Source: Pseudogymnoascus verrucosus
Taxonomy: Eukaryota
Assembly (NCBI GenBank): GCA_001662655.1
Contig: KV460244.1
DNA: 64,000 nucleotides
Strand: one strand, 5' to 3'
Both the position numbers and the translations under genes were made by a program. This document shows positions 25,465 through 37,471 of the stretch, piece by piece (position 1 is the first letter of the stretch; each line of letters opens with the position of its first letter). Under the pieces are notes generated by a model. The model saw only the letters and a list, made by a program, of their open reading frames with translations. It had not been told where the DNA came from and ran no database searches.

Positions 25465-26362
25465 GAGAAGGGCGGCAAGCAAACGAGAAAGAACCTGGGT
25501 CCGAACCCGTTGTAAAATACTATGTGTCATATTAGCGTTCGGGGATGTTTTGGTGTATAAAAGCAAGAGGGTGACTTTTGAAGCGCTTTGATCGACTCCA
25601 CTCAACTAATCGATGGATGGGAAGACGGCGGGGCTTTGAAGGGGGTCGTGGATGGGGATGGGACGATGTGCGATGTGCATGTTGTATACTATGCGACGAT
25701 AGGGAGAACCACCTTGTAAAGAAGAATAAAAACACTGTAACACTTCTAATATTTAGCATATCTCACTCACTTCACGAATGTCTCGTCCTGTGGCTTGTAT
25801 TGTCATGTGACTTGTCCTGCATGTCTCATCTGAAACCTTCTCTGTGGAATCTAGAGGCTGATGCCTAATCTAGGCAGCTGAATTTGTGTACTGTGTTCGT
25901 AGACTACCTTCCAACAGTTTATCGAACAATATTCTCAATTCCTGACCTTAAAATTGGCTGCCTGCCCAGTTTTCCATCATGTTGTTATTTCGTGGCTGAC
26001 GGGTAAGCGAGTTGGAGTCACGTGCATCACCCCACCAACATGTCGCAAGTAGTGTGTCGTTGACAACAACCCGCATCCCCCTCAATCCCTCACACAAACT
26101 TGCACATATCACGCTCGACGTTGGTTTTTATATCTCTTTACCTGCGGAACTGTAACGACGTCCTGCCTTCCTATTAATCCACCACACGATTACCCTTCTC
26201 TGTACGTCTCCCTCCCATATCAGAAATCCCTCACAATGCTATCGTCGTCATCACTCTCTTCCCCCCCTCCGAACGGATGCCTTGCACAGCACCAAGCTCC
26301 ATGCTGACCCGGATTTATGTGACAGCCTCCCCAACCTTTGTTGTGCGTCCAATATAGAACAA

Positions 26363-27088
26363 AATGGTATGAGCTCCTTCGCGCAAGCAGCATGATCATA
26401 GATATGCTAATCTTCATCGCCATAGTCTCAATCAGGGTCAGTATAGTTCAGTTCCCCGCTTGTCACCGCCCCGCATTAGGCCGATTGGGTGTTCGACATT
26501 CAACAACAACAACAACAACACTTGCTACAACGGGATATGGGCCAGTGGCAGGTATAGCCTGGGAATCATCGCTGACATGACGTTTATGCAGTGTCCAAGT
26601 TTCGCAAGAATGCGTCAGCAAGTTCAACGAACTCAAGCTCGGCAAAACCATCAAATACATCATCTACAAGCTCTCTGATGACAACAAGGAGATCGTGGTC
26701 GAGGATACCTCTGAAGACGCTGACTGGGATGGCTTCCGCGAGAAGCTTATCAACGCCAAGTCCAAGACCAAGAGCGGTGCGCTGACCAAGGGCCCACGAT
26801 ACGCCGTGTACGACTTTGCCTACGACCTGTCGTCTGGCGAGGGTTCGAGAAGCAAGATTACCTTCATTGCATGGTCTCCTGATGATGCTGGAATCCAGGT
26901 AAGAGTTGAATGGCGTCTTGGATATGGTAACAGTGCTGACACCGACGCAGCCCAAGATGGTTTACGCCTCCTCCAAGGACGCCCTCAAGCGCTCCCTCAA
27001 CGGCATCGCGGCCGAGTTCCAAGCCAACGATGAGGACGACATCGAGTACGCCAGCGTGCTCAACAAAGTCTCCAAGGGTCTCGCGTAA
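26363..27088 (+). CDS. COF1: Cofilin / actin-depolymerizing factor (~152 aa), 4 exons
   Basis: Exons 26363-26365 (ATG), 26426-26436, 26592-26898, 26951-27088 give [23 protein letters not shown]...RYAVYDF...[33 protein letters not shown]. Confidence 0.95.
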
Positions 27089-27335
27089 ACTACACGACCA
27101 AGACAGGAAGAACATGAATCTGAGCCACGTGAGAATGGACAGGGTGGGAGGACTTGTCGCTAGTTAGATAGCTGTATGTTGCCCGCGCGCTCGATACCAG
27201 GAGCAGTTCGGATGGTAGATGTCAGACGACAGGTCGGCAGAGCAGAGGATGCAATTTCAACATGGTGTATATGACTTGATCTTAGTAGTCATACGTATTC
27301 TTTGAACACTTGATCTAGACGATGTTTTTTTATGC

Positions 27336-28012
27336 CTATGATGCACCACCCCTCGCCTCCCAAGCCTCTCGAAACAGCGCGGCTGCCCTTTCTCCCTCTC
27401 CAGCGTCTTTTACCCTCTGTGCCAGGAAACCCCTCAAGTCCGCCCAGAAAGCCTCCGTCCCAAATACCTCCCTTCCACTCTCCCCAACCGCCGCACTAGG
27501 CAACTGCTCTTCCGATTTTCCACGCGTCCCTGTTCCCACACTTGCCGCGCCTCCAATAACCATAATCCCGAACTCAATCTCGGTATCCTCCTCGCCAACC
27601 AGCTCCTCCACGACCTTGGCGTCGCCAACAGGCTTCCGCCGGTGCAAAATTTTGATTTTATCTACCGGTATATTTGCCTGCGCGGATACTTCGGCTTTCA
27701 GGTCAAGCACTGAGAGAAGGGGTGACTGCTGCTTGAGGGCGACTTCGATTGGAGGGTTGCGCGCAGAGCGTAAGGTGATTGTTAATGTGCGCTGGGTACC
27801 TGGGGCGAGCTTCCTGCGTTTGGGGAGGGTCTTGGGGAGTTTCGGGAGGATGTACTGCAGTTATTAGCAGGATGAGGTGAGTGTGGGGTTTGGGGACGTA
27901 CAGCGCCGCGGGGTGGGTAGGACTTGGGGTCTTCAGCATGTGTTGGCGAGATCTTGGAGGGGCGGTTTGAGAGGGTCGTGAGGAACGATTCGGCGAAAGA
28001 AAGTTCGCTCAT
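27336..28012 (-). CDS. GET5: Get5/Mdy2-like ubiquitin-like-domain protein (~209 aa), 2 exons
   Basis: Exon 28012-27902 (MSELSFAESFLTTLSNRPSKISPTHAEDPKSYP), intron 27901-27855, exon 27854-27336 (YILPKLP...ubiquitin-like VLDLKAEV...KIKILHRRKPVGDAK...C-terminal FWADLRGFLAQRVKD). Confidence 0.78.
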
Positions 28013-28337
28013 GTTTGCGGTTTCGGAGACAATGGTATATGGCGAGAGAATTCGAGATTCCAGAAGAAATAAGAAAATATAAGGGTTGAGAAGGGTCGAG
28101 GCGTAAGGTATGTGTGGGGGGGAAGCTTGGTGGCATTGTATTGATGAAGCTCCATGGTACGGCAGCCTCGGCGATGAGGCGCCGACGCTAGCGACTTATC
28201 GGGCGGACAAAATTCTGTTCGCCAAAAAATATTCTGAGGGACGAGATGATAACAAGGGAATTTCGCAATAACCTGCGAATTCTTAACTTCAAAACCCCAC
28301 CCTCACAACAGCACCGAAGGTGCAATTAACCGTCACC

Positions 28338-30440
28338 ATGGGGCCCTCCAGACGTATGCAGAAGCAGGGAATGCCCGACAAGTTGGACGAGGCGCATTTC
28401 ACGAATCTGAAGAGGAAGGCTGGATTGAGCGTTACGGAGGCTCGCGATGAGAGCAAGCGGGTTAAGGTTTCTGGGAAGAAGGAGCAGGATCACAATATGA
28501 CTAAGAAGGGAAGCCACTCCGATAAGCCGGCAAGGAAGACGAAGAAGACAACACAGGTGAAGAAGGGAAAGCCCGTTGTCAAGGCCATTTCGAAACCGGC
28601 ACCCAAGGCGAAGAAGGGCCCAATGCCACTTCCGGGCAGCGATGATGATTTGGAGGGCGCTGATAGCGACGAATCGGATCTGTTGAATGACGAGTTCGAT
28701 GACCTGAGCGGGGATGAGGCCGAGCTAGCCAATGCAGATGAGTTCATGGACTCGGGGTCAGAGGTCTACGACTCGGAGGAGGACCACAAGACGAGGGCAA
28801 TGTTCTCGGAAGACGAGGATGAAAGCGATGCAGAGGAGAAGTTGACGGCGGCTAATATTGCGGGGTTGTCTCGGAAGTTGGACGAGCAGATGGCAGCAGA
28901 GGCAGCCGATGCGCAACAGGAATTGGAGGACGCCGCGATGCAGACAAACCTGGCCGGTGACAGACCCAAGGTCTTTTCGGACGATGAAGAGAGCGGAGAC
29001 GAGGCCGCGGTGAAGAGCAAGGCTCTGCTTGCCCCAGATCTTCAATTGTTACGTTCGCGCATCAACGACACTGTTCGCGTTCTCGACGACTTTGCGAACC
29101 TATCCGAAGAAGGCCGATCGAGAGCAGAGTACACTGCGCAGTTACTGAAGGATGTTTGCGCATACTACGGCTACTCCGAGTTCCTGGCCGAGAAATTGTT
29201 CAACCTCTTCCCGCCCAAAGAGGCCTTTGCCTTCTTCGAGGCCAACGAGACGGCACGCCCGGTGGTCATCCGCACAAACAGCCTACGCACTCACCGCAGA
29301 GACCTCGCGCAAGCCCTGATCAACCGTGGAGTAACCCTCGAGCCTGTTGGAAAGTGGTCCAAGGTCGGCCTCCAAGTCTTCGAGTCTGCTGTGCCGCTCG
29401 GTGCCACACCCGAATACCTTGCTGGTCACTACATCCTCCAAGCTGCCTCCTCCTTCCTTCCTGTCATGGCACTCGCACCGCAAGAGCATGAGCGCATCCT
29501 CGATATGGCATCCGCTCCCGGTGGTAAGACGACTTATATCGCTGCCCTGATGAAGAACACTGGCTGCATCTTCGCCAACGATTCCAACAAAGCTCGTGCC
29601 AAAGGTCTCATTGGTAACATCCACCGCCTGGGTGTCAAGAATACGATTGTGTGCAACTACGACGCACGCGAATTCCCCAAGGTGATGGGCGGCTTTGACA
29701 GGGTCCTGCTCGATGCTCCCTGCTCCGGTACTGGTGTCATTGCCAAGGATCCGTCCGTCAAGACGAACAAGACCGAGCGCGATTTCCTGATGCTACCGCA
29801 TCTCCAGAAGCAGCTCCTGCTCGCAGCAATCGACTCGGTGGACCATGCGTCCAAGACTGGAGGATTCATTGTGTACTCCACTTGTTCGGTGACTGTGGAG
29901 GAGAACGAGTCGGTGGTGCAGTACGCTTTGTCGAAGCGACCTAATGTGAGGCTCGTGGAGACTGGTCTGACGTTTGGCAAGGAGGGCTTTACGGCCTATA
30001 TGGGCAAGAACTTTGACGCGAAGATGAAGATGACACGGAGATACTACCCGCACGCGTACAACGTGGACGGTTTCTTTGTCGCGAAGTTCAAGAAGTTCGC
30101 TCTCACTCCTGGCAAGGGGCTAGGCAATGCGGCACCTTCCAAGGAGCAGGCGGCCAAGAACGACGAGCTGGATGTTGACAAGCGTCCGATTGAGCTGATG
30201 GGCGATGAGGATAAGATGGAGTGGGATGATGAGGCGGATAAGGTTTTCATTGACAAGGCACAACGGGCACGCATGCGCCGGAAGGGCATTGATCCTAATG
30301 GGGCGGCCAAGAACGCAGAGCCTGTGGTGAGGGAGGAGAAGAAGAAGGTGAACAAGAGCAAGGAGAATGCGAAGAAGAATCTTGCCAAGAAGGCAGAGCT
30401 GGAGAAGAAGAAGACCGATGTGGAGATGGCCGATGCGTAG
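28338..30440 (+). CDS. NOP2: 25S rRNA m5C methyltransferase Nop2 (NOL1/NOP2/Sun family)
   Basis: Single exon from ATG 28338; GATPEYLAGHYILQ, ILDMASAPGGKT, FDRVLLDAPCSGTG, IVYSTCSV, YPHAYNVDGFFVAK. Confidence 0.96.
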   Translation: MGPSRRMQKQGMPDKLDEAHFTNLKRKAGLSVTEARDESKRVKVSGKKEQDHNMTKKGSHSDKPARKTKKTTQVKKGKPVVKAISKPAPKAKKGPMPLPGSDDDLEGADSDESDLLNDEFDDLSGDEAELANADEFMDSGSEVYDSEEDHKTRAMFSEDEDESDAEEKLTAANIAGLSRKLDEQMAAEAADAQQELEDAAMQTNLAGDRPKVFSDDEESGDEAAVKSKALLAPDLQLLRSRINDTVRVLDDFANLSEEGRSRAEYTAQLLKDVCAYYGYSEFLAEKLFNLFPPKEAFAFFEANETARPVVIRTNSLRTHRRDLAQALINRGVTLEPVGKWSKVGLQVFESAVPLGATPEYLAGHYILQAASSFLPVMALAPQEHERILDMASAPGGKTTYIAALMKNTGCIFANDSNKARAKGLIGNIHRLGVKNTIVCNYDAREFPKVMGGFDRVLLDAPCSGTGVIAKDPSVKTNKTERDFLMLPHLQKQLLLAAIDSVDHASKTGGFIVYSTCSVTVEENESVVQYALSKRPNVRLVETGLTFGKEGFTAYMGKNFDAKMKMTRRYYPHAYNVDGFFVAKFKKFALTPGKGLGNAAPSKEQAAKNDELDVDKRPIELMGDEDKMEWDDEADKVFIDKAQRARMRRKGIDPNGAAKNAEPVVREEKKKVNKSKENAKKNLAKKAELEKKKTDVEMADA

Positions 30441-30693
30441 TGTGTCTCGATATGAGTGGAGTTCTAAGACTTGCATAATAGGAGTTTTGCTAGGATAGCC
30501 GGAATACTATTTCGAGAAATTGTTGATTGTTCTGTTCGCTGATGGAATTTGTGAATTCCTATGCTGATGTGCGCAAATGGGGATATAACTTCCAGGCTCC
30601 CCGTACTGCGTACATCCCTTGCTACGAAGCCATGTTTCCTCATAATTTGACACCGATGACGCCAACCCGCCTGAACGATATCCAAACGCCCCC

Positions 30694-32531
30694 CTAACTA
30701 CACTCAAGCGTCAATAGTGGCATCAAATCTATCCCTGCTTCTCCCATCCCCTTTCTCTCCCTAATAAGCCTCTCCATCACATCACTTGTCCACTTACTCT
30801 CGAAATGCATCCCACCCAACTCAGTAAGTCTCTCCAAAATCCAGTCCCGATGGATCCCATCTTCTGTCTCGATGCCTGCCATAAACATCCCCCACACTTT
30901 CATCGCAAGTGTGCTCTTATCGCGGTTATAGTCCGTATATGCAATCTGCATGATGCTAGACACGGCCGTGCGATGAATTTTGGTAGGAGTTTGCTGTTTG
31001 CGAAGCGTTATACGGTGGAAGAGCACATCGGCCCAATAGACGCAGGCTGCAGAGCGGATCGTGGCGTAGACGCGTCGGTATTGACCTGCACCTGATAGCC
31101 GGGAAGTGAGGATGAGATCTTGGTATCGCTGTGAGAGATAAGCATATATTTGTGGACTGTGGCGATAATATCCTTACCTCGCCGAGTTCTATGAGCTCTT
31201 CGAACAAGCTCTCGGGAGTCTCCACACCATCCTTACCCGCATGTCTCGCAATGGCAAGCTGCCATATGCGCGACCGCATCAGCAGGCCATGGTGCAGAAA
31301 CTCAAGTGGGCGATAGTTCTCCACGTCGTCCAGGATCGCATCTTCCGGGTATTCCTCGCCCCAGCAGTGGCGGCCTGAGATACGTGCTCTGCGGTATAGG
31401 CGTTCTAGTTTGGCGGAGGGGAGAGAGGACTGGGATATTTGGGAGAGGAGACTTTGAGATGAGAGGCCTTGGCCGCCGATGGCGTCGATATATCTACGCC
31501 AGTTAGAGCTGTATTATTGTTGGTGTGGGCACTTACGAGATCCATAATAGCAGCAGCGATGATAGTAGTGACAAATGCGAATCTCCCCCATTCTCTTCAT
31601 CGTCTACTGTCGCCACCGTTCCGGATCCCTCCGAGTCCATTACTGACTTCTCATACGACGCATATAATGATCTTGCACCGTCCAGATGCAGACGGAGATG
31701 ATGGCGCGAATAGCCGAACCTGACCTCATAGTCGACCATGAACAGTAAAGCTGCCAGGAGTCGCTCCAGTCTCTGTTTCGGGTCATCGGTATGCTCCTTG
31801 CCAAGAGCAGTCGATAGTTCTCGCACCGCCACGTTATAGTGATGTAGGCCAATATCTTCCGAGTCATCGCCGCCCTTCTTCAGGCGGTGCATTTCGCTGC
31901 CTGACGTGGCGAGGATCATGCGCATCACGATCGCGTCATTGGCAGCAGTGTATCGGTAGATGTAGGACAAGTTCGACCAGCGCCACGGCTTCAGGTATGC
32001 CGTTACCATCGTGCAGCTGGGAAAGTACTCGAAGCATCGTCGGTCGCGCGGTGAGAGGAGGAGAGAGTTTGCGCAGGGGATATGTTCGACGCTCAGGCTC
32101 GGCGAAATCGAAGGGGCGAAGTTTCGCATTGACGGAGTTGAGGAAGAATTGTCATCATGTAGCCAATTCAAGACCTGATTATTCGCAGAGACCTGAACCG
32201 TCGATGGTTCAGAGTCCGATCGCGATAGTGCATCATCTTGCGGTATGTCTTCCTTCGACTCTATCAGCCGAATGGACCTCTGCGCTTTGTCTCCCTTGGC
32301 TTTCGAGACAGTCCTTGGTTTCCGTGTCCGCGCCGTCCATTCACAGTCAAGTTCGAGAGATGTACAGCGTCGGCATTTCGGCCGCTGCTCGTCGCATTTG
32401 AGTTTCCTCTTCAAGCAAGTTCCGCATCCTTTGCAACGGTTAGATCGGAAGTCGCACGAGTTCGGGGACGTACCTGTCTTTGAGCGGGGAGCATTTCTCC
32501 CAAGCAAGGACCCTGTTGCGATCTGCACCAT
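30694..32531 (-). CDS. Zn2Cys6 transcription factor with Fungal_trans_2-type C-terminal domain, multi-exon (5' end uncertain)
   Basis: RSKT^GCGTCLKRKLKCDEQRPKCRRCTSLELDC (intron 32473-32429); later exons GLHHYNVAVREL, HHLRLHLDGARSL, WGEEYPEDAILDDVENYRPLEF, WGMFMAGIETEDGIHRDWILERL. Confidence 0.85.
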
Positions 32532-32699
32532 TAGCTGTGATTATGGACATGTAGCGAAACGGTATACGATTCGAAGATGAATAGATTGAGGTGAGAGATT
32601 GTTAATGCCATTGCTATCGCGATGTTGTGGTTTCTAGTGTGGAGTTCTAAATGCGGGGAACGATGCGGGGTGGAACTCCACATACTATCCGATCCGTTA

Positions 32700-33050
32700 T
32701 TACCACGTCCTACTGTTATCTTTTATAACATACCTTCTATACTACCTACCTTACTCCTACTATAGTGCTATTATATCATCTACTATTACTCTTATAACTT
32801 TACCTCTACTATTTATAATTATTATAAGTATAATTACTTATAATCTAAGGTATTATACATCTAAGAAAGGGATAATCTAAAAACTAGATAATATAATTTA
32901 TATGTAAGTTGTCTATATAAATAAGTTGCCTACTAAAACACTAATAAATTAACTATTACTATAACTACTACTATTAGTGTTTAGTATAGATTATAGATAA
33001 CCTAACCCAATCTAGATTATAATCTAGATCTATTCTATTTATTATAATCT
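32700..33050. repeat. AT-rich RIP-degenerated repeat relic
   Basis: Abrupt very AT-rich tract dominated by TA/CTA/TAG and depleted of CA/TG; no ORF. Confidence 0.6.
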
Positions 33051-33491
33051 CAGTCGCGAGGTATGCCACGGGGGGTTTGGCGCCCTCCAAATTAGGCAAC
33101 GCGCGTGCACTACACAGGCCTGCCGCCGCTTTCGAGTTCTATAAAAGGGCCACTCCCTCCCTCCGACTCTGTGCCTCTCTACCGTCGCTCCTCTCTCCTA
33201 GCATTCACGCGCCTGCTGCGCTCATCGTGCGACGCTTGGCCCCCTCCACCCCCTCCCAACTGCATGGCCCCGCCTAACGGATCGCCCTACTCAGCCTCGC
33301 CGCAGCTGAAAACCCGCAGTGTCACATGAACGGTTCGCAGAGCCACAACCTTGATTTACGCCCTCTAATGACTGCGCCTTCCATGTCACCGAGCTCTTCG
33401 CGATGGCAACGAGCCCTTTAAGTATCGACGTCCTGACCGTCGGATCGGTCAAGATGCGAGAACGAGCTGAGCTGGGTTCCGCTCGACCTGC

Positions 33492-34166
33492 CTAATCGAC
33501 CACCCTAGGGACGCAAACATCATCACCTATCCCTCCGGCCACTCCGTCTACAACAATGACACTACACAGAGCACAGCCGCCATAGTATCGCAAATCCCTC
33601 TCCGCGCCGCCGACGCCTCCTTCGTCCTCGACCAGCTACGCAACACAACCGCCATGGTCTCGCTCCTCCCCCACCGTGGACCCCGCCCATTCCGCACCGA
33701 CCGCGTCGCAATGCTAGGACACTCTCTAGGCGGCGTCTCCGCCGTCATCGCTGCCTCTCAAGACCCCCGCCTCCGCGGCGCTATTAATTGGGATGGCACG
33801 TTTCTCGAAATCCCGTCACCACTGCCACAGCCGGTGCTACTCATGAGCCACGGCATGGCTGATGCCAGCTGGCCGGCGGCGTGGCTGCTGCTAAAGGGGC
33901 CAAAGCTGTGGGTTGACGTCGCAAATACAACGCACGAGACTTTCTCGGACGTGCCTACGCTGTTGCAGGCGGCTGGGCCGGACAAGGCGGCGTTAGCGGT
34001 TCTGCTGGGCACGATTGACTTGGGCGAGATGGTGAGAATTTTGGTGGTGTATACGACTGCGTGGATGGAGGGGGTGTTTAGAGGTGAGGTAGGGGGGCTG
34101 CTGCTAGAAGGGCAGGAGCCGGGTAGGTTTCTAGAGGTCTTAATTGTGATGAAAGGGAACTTTTAA
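33492..34166 (+). pseudogene. 5'-truncated PAF-acetylhydrolase-like alpha/beta hydrolase
   Basis: Begins mid-protein (LIDHPRDANIITYPSG), RAADASFVLDQL, nucleophile elbow MLGHSLGG, INWDG, NTTHETFSDVP; no N-terminal half or start upstream. Confidence 0.72.
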
Positions 34167-34881
34167 AATGATGAGAGACGTCGGGCGAGTTGGGTATGAC
34201 TTGCAATCTTTAATGACCTGTGGGTGAGTTAGTTCAATGGCATAACGTCGCTCTCTTAGGGATGAAAAGAGCAAATAATCAGTGAATACGCGAAGTAATA
34301 TGCTTTGCATACTAGTAAACAGCAATCAATCTAAATGTAGATATTACTTTGTTTTTGCTGCTACGATTTCGGAAACCGCGGTTGTTTCAGGGGATTACCA
34401 TTTTCTAGGACGATACTTTACACTCTCACCATGATGACCAGCCCGACACAGATACTGACCTATTCTTCATATGCACGTAAAATATTACAACTAGCTTAGT
34501 GTATACCTTAAAAAATACACTAATCGAAGAACTCCCATACCGTCCGTTCCCACGCTAGATCATTGTTTAAAATCATTTCTGAATTACTCTGCGAAGAGAC
34601 AAAGTCTAGAAACGACACGGAATTGGATGCGTTAATACGGGGGCAGCAGCATTGAGTACTCAGCAGCATCATAGTATCGCATGACGTAGAGCGTTTTGTA
34701 AGTTTTCAGCGGATTATATTTTTTCCTAACAAAGTATAACGACACCTCGGCATCTACTAGATATGTGCGGGTTGTCGGCAATAGTCTTCGCCACAGTCCA
34801 ACTTCTCGAACCGCTGCCAAGACATAAATTTAGGTTATAGAGAGACCTCAAATAATTCAAAGCAAGTGGTACTTATGAACT

Positions 34882-37362
34882 ATGAGTGAAACACAAGCTC
34901 TACGGGCCAAACGGGTTCGCCGTGCAAAAGTGTGTCACTTGCCATCATCTAGAAAACAACGGTATTGACCCCATTTAGGCTTGCAATACCTGCCGGCGAA
35001 AGAAGACAAAATGTGATGGGAAACAGCCCATCTGTTCTCCATGCAGTACCTTCAACTTCTCTTGCACCTTTCAGGATGTCGTTAAACACCCTAGTCGCTC
35101 GAGCCGGTAGGTTATTATTACCTTAGTTCTCACGTTTGTACTTGTCAGCATTTAACAGGTTTATTTGTAGAGCTTATGTTGAGGAGCTAGAGAAAAGAGT
35201 CGAGGAAATGGAGCAGCAATTACAACGACAGCAGGGCTCCCAGATGGGTTTGAAGAGCACGCTCCCTAGCTCTGCCCCAGGATCCCCAAATATCCCGGAC
35301 CGCTCCGAATCCAGTGAATCAGGAGACGTAGAAAATCAAAATACCCATGAATCGGTCGGATTTACCAAAGACGACCACGATGGTCCCGATAGTGAGGGCA
35401 GCAGAATTGATCAAGCCTCATATATCATTCATGCCCAAGACGGGAATATGCGGTATTTTGGTGAGTCTGGTTGCAAGGACCACATTGGTATAGAAGTGGA
35501 AGGCTGATTATTTATTTAGGATCTTCGTCTGGACTTCCTGTCGGCTCTCTTCAGGGAGCGAATTGGCTAAAAAGTCAAACAGGGACAGCGGCATTACATA
35601 CTACTACCCACAGATGTGCGGGTCGATGGCAGTTGAATAGTTGGCTTCCCCGCACTCTTCAGGACAGTTTTAAACGGCGAATCTCCCAGCCTTTGCCCTG
35701 CAAGAGCTTAGCAGTGGAACTAGTTCGCGAATTTTTTGAAACCTTCAATAAGGCTATCCCTCTATTTAACGAAACTTCGTTTATGAGATTATTCAAGAGG
35801 CAATTTTCATGGAATCCCGAAGAGAGCCCTTCCTGGTGGGTATCATTTAACATCGTCCTAGCTTTTGCATACAGAGAAAGGGCACAAGAATCTTCTGTCG
35901 GAAGTGAGGACTGGGAGAGGTCTTTAGGACACGTCAAGAATGCTTTAAACGTCGTTGTAGAACTCTTTATGCGAAATGGAGATCTACTTGCAGTTCAAGG
36001 ATTACTGGGGTTAGCAATCTATTTTCAGGGCACACCGAATCCACAGGCACTGTTTATGTTTGCGGCTGCTGCCATGCGCTTATCACACTCCATTGGATTG
36101 CATAGGAGTAGCATCCTCGGGTTATCCGAATCTCAAATAGAAGACAGGAGGAGAACATACTGGATAGCATTCATCTTGGACGCAGATATTTCACTCCGCG
36201 TGGGTCGTCCATTGGTCCAAGACATCAATGACTACGATACACCCTTCCCAGCTAAACATCCACAAGATGGGAACGGCGTCTTTAGTGTCGATGATACTCA
36301 GATCCACTACTTCCGTTTGCTCGCCCAGTTCGCTCTCATACAGCGACGAGTTTATCAACATCTTTATGCTGTGGCTGTTCATAAACAAGCTAGAGACAGC
36401 GCCCTCAAAGAAGTAAAGGCTTGTGAAGAGGCGCTTCTTAGATGGAAGGCCTCAATTCCAGCGAAGCTTCAACCCCAGAACACATTCTCTGCTAAACCAC
36501 ATTATTTTCTGCAGCACATCTTGCGGCTACACTATGCATACCACTGCTGTTACTCGAACCTTCATCAGGTGTGCATGTTTACTAGGCAACCCGTAGGGTC
36601 AACATCTATACGGGGCATCCCAACTGTAGAGAATAAAATCGCTCAAACTCTCGCTGGGTCCCTTGAATCAGCGCGATCCGCAATAAGATTGCTCAAACAT
36701 GTTCGGGGGTTTGGATCTTCCTATCGGTGGTGAGTTTCTAAATCTTCTCAACCCGTTTACTTCTAACGTCTTTACAAAGGGATATCCTTTACTTCGTAGC
36801 TGCAGCATCAGTGACTCTAGCATCGAGGATATTAGTATACCCTAGTAATCCACGTGCCGAAGAGGACCTTTCCTTGATTCACGAAACGAACGACTTTATT
36901 TCCAAGATTTCATCCGACGAGCCTGGCACATTCGCTGATTATGTGCTTGGTATATCCTCTGATTTGGAAGACGCTGCAAGGAAAACCCTAGACCAGCTAC
37001 ACCAAGGCTACCGACAGCAGCAAGAAGGCGGCGCGCATAGTAACAGCACTAATATTTTTGCGGATGAAAACAGAGACAAGCACTCTGGGAGTGGTATGGA
37101 CCCAACTACGTCTACCACCTTATTAGACAGAGTCTCGACCATAACTCCACAAAACACAGACCACACGAGCAATTCTATGGATACACCTATACAGGGTGGT
37201 AGTCTACCAACGATTGATCTGCCGTCCGATTTGATGATGAACTGGCAGTGGTCGATTCCCCCATTCTGGAATTTGCAGGACATAATGACCAGCACGCCGC
37301 CCTCCCCAGTCCCGGATGTTATCAGTGGCCAAGAGCCGAAGGACGCCATCTTCGAATTTTAA
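34882..37362 (+). CDS. Zn2Cys6 transcription factor with Fungal_trans (MHR) domain, 5 exons
   Basis: MSETQALRAKRVRRAK^ACNTCRRKKTKCDGKQPICSPCSTFNFSC; YFG^SSSG; AAAMRLSHSIGLHR, RRRTYWIAFILDADISLRVGRP; introns ~34930-34978, ~35107-35170, 35461-35519, 36729-36778. Confidence 0.9.
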
Positions 37363-37471
37363 ATAATAACATTTAAAAAGCTCTATCAATCATCATATTC
37401 AAAAAAATTTAGGTGCACGACTTTCTTTCCTGCCAAATTTTTGAGCGTGTACGGCTAGCTACCTATCAAAT

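Noticed and set aside
26500..26520. (CAA)n microsatellite in a cofilin intron; also (GCTT)n ~6518-6540 and (GAGGAAGTT)x3 ~23199-23226
   Set aside because: Ordinary simple repeats
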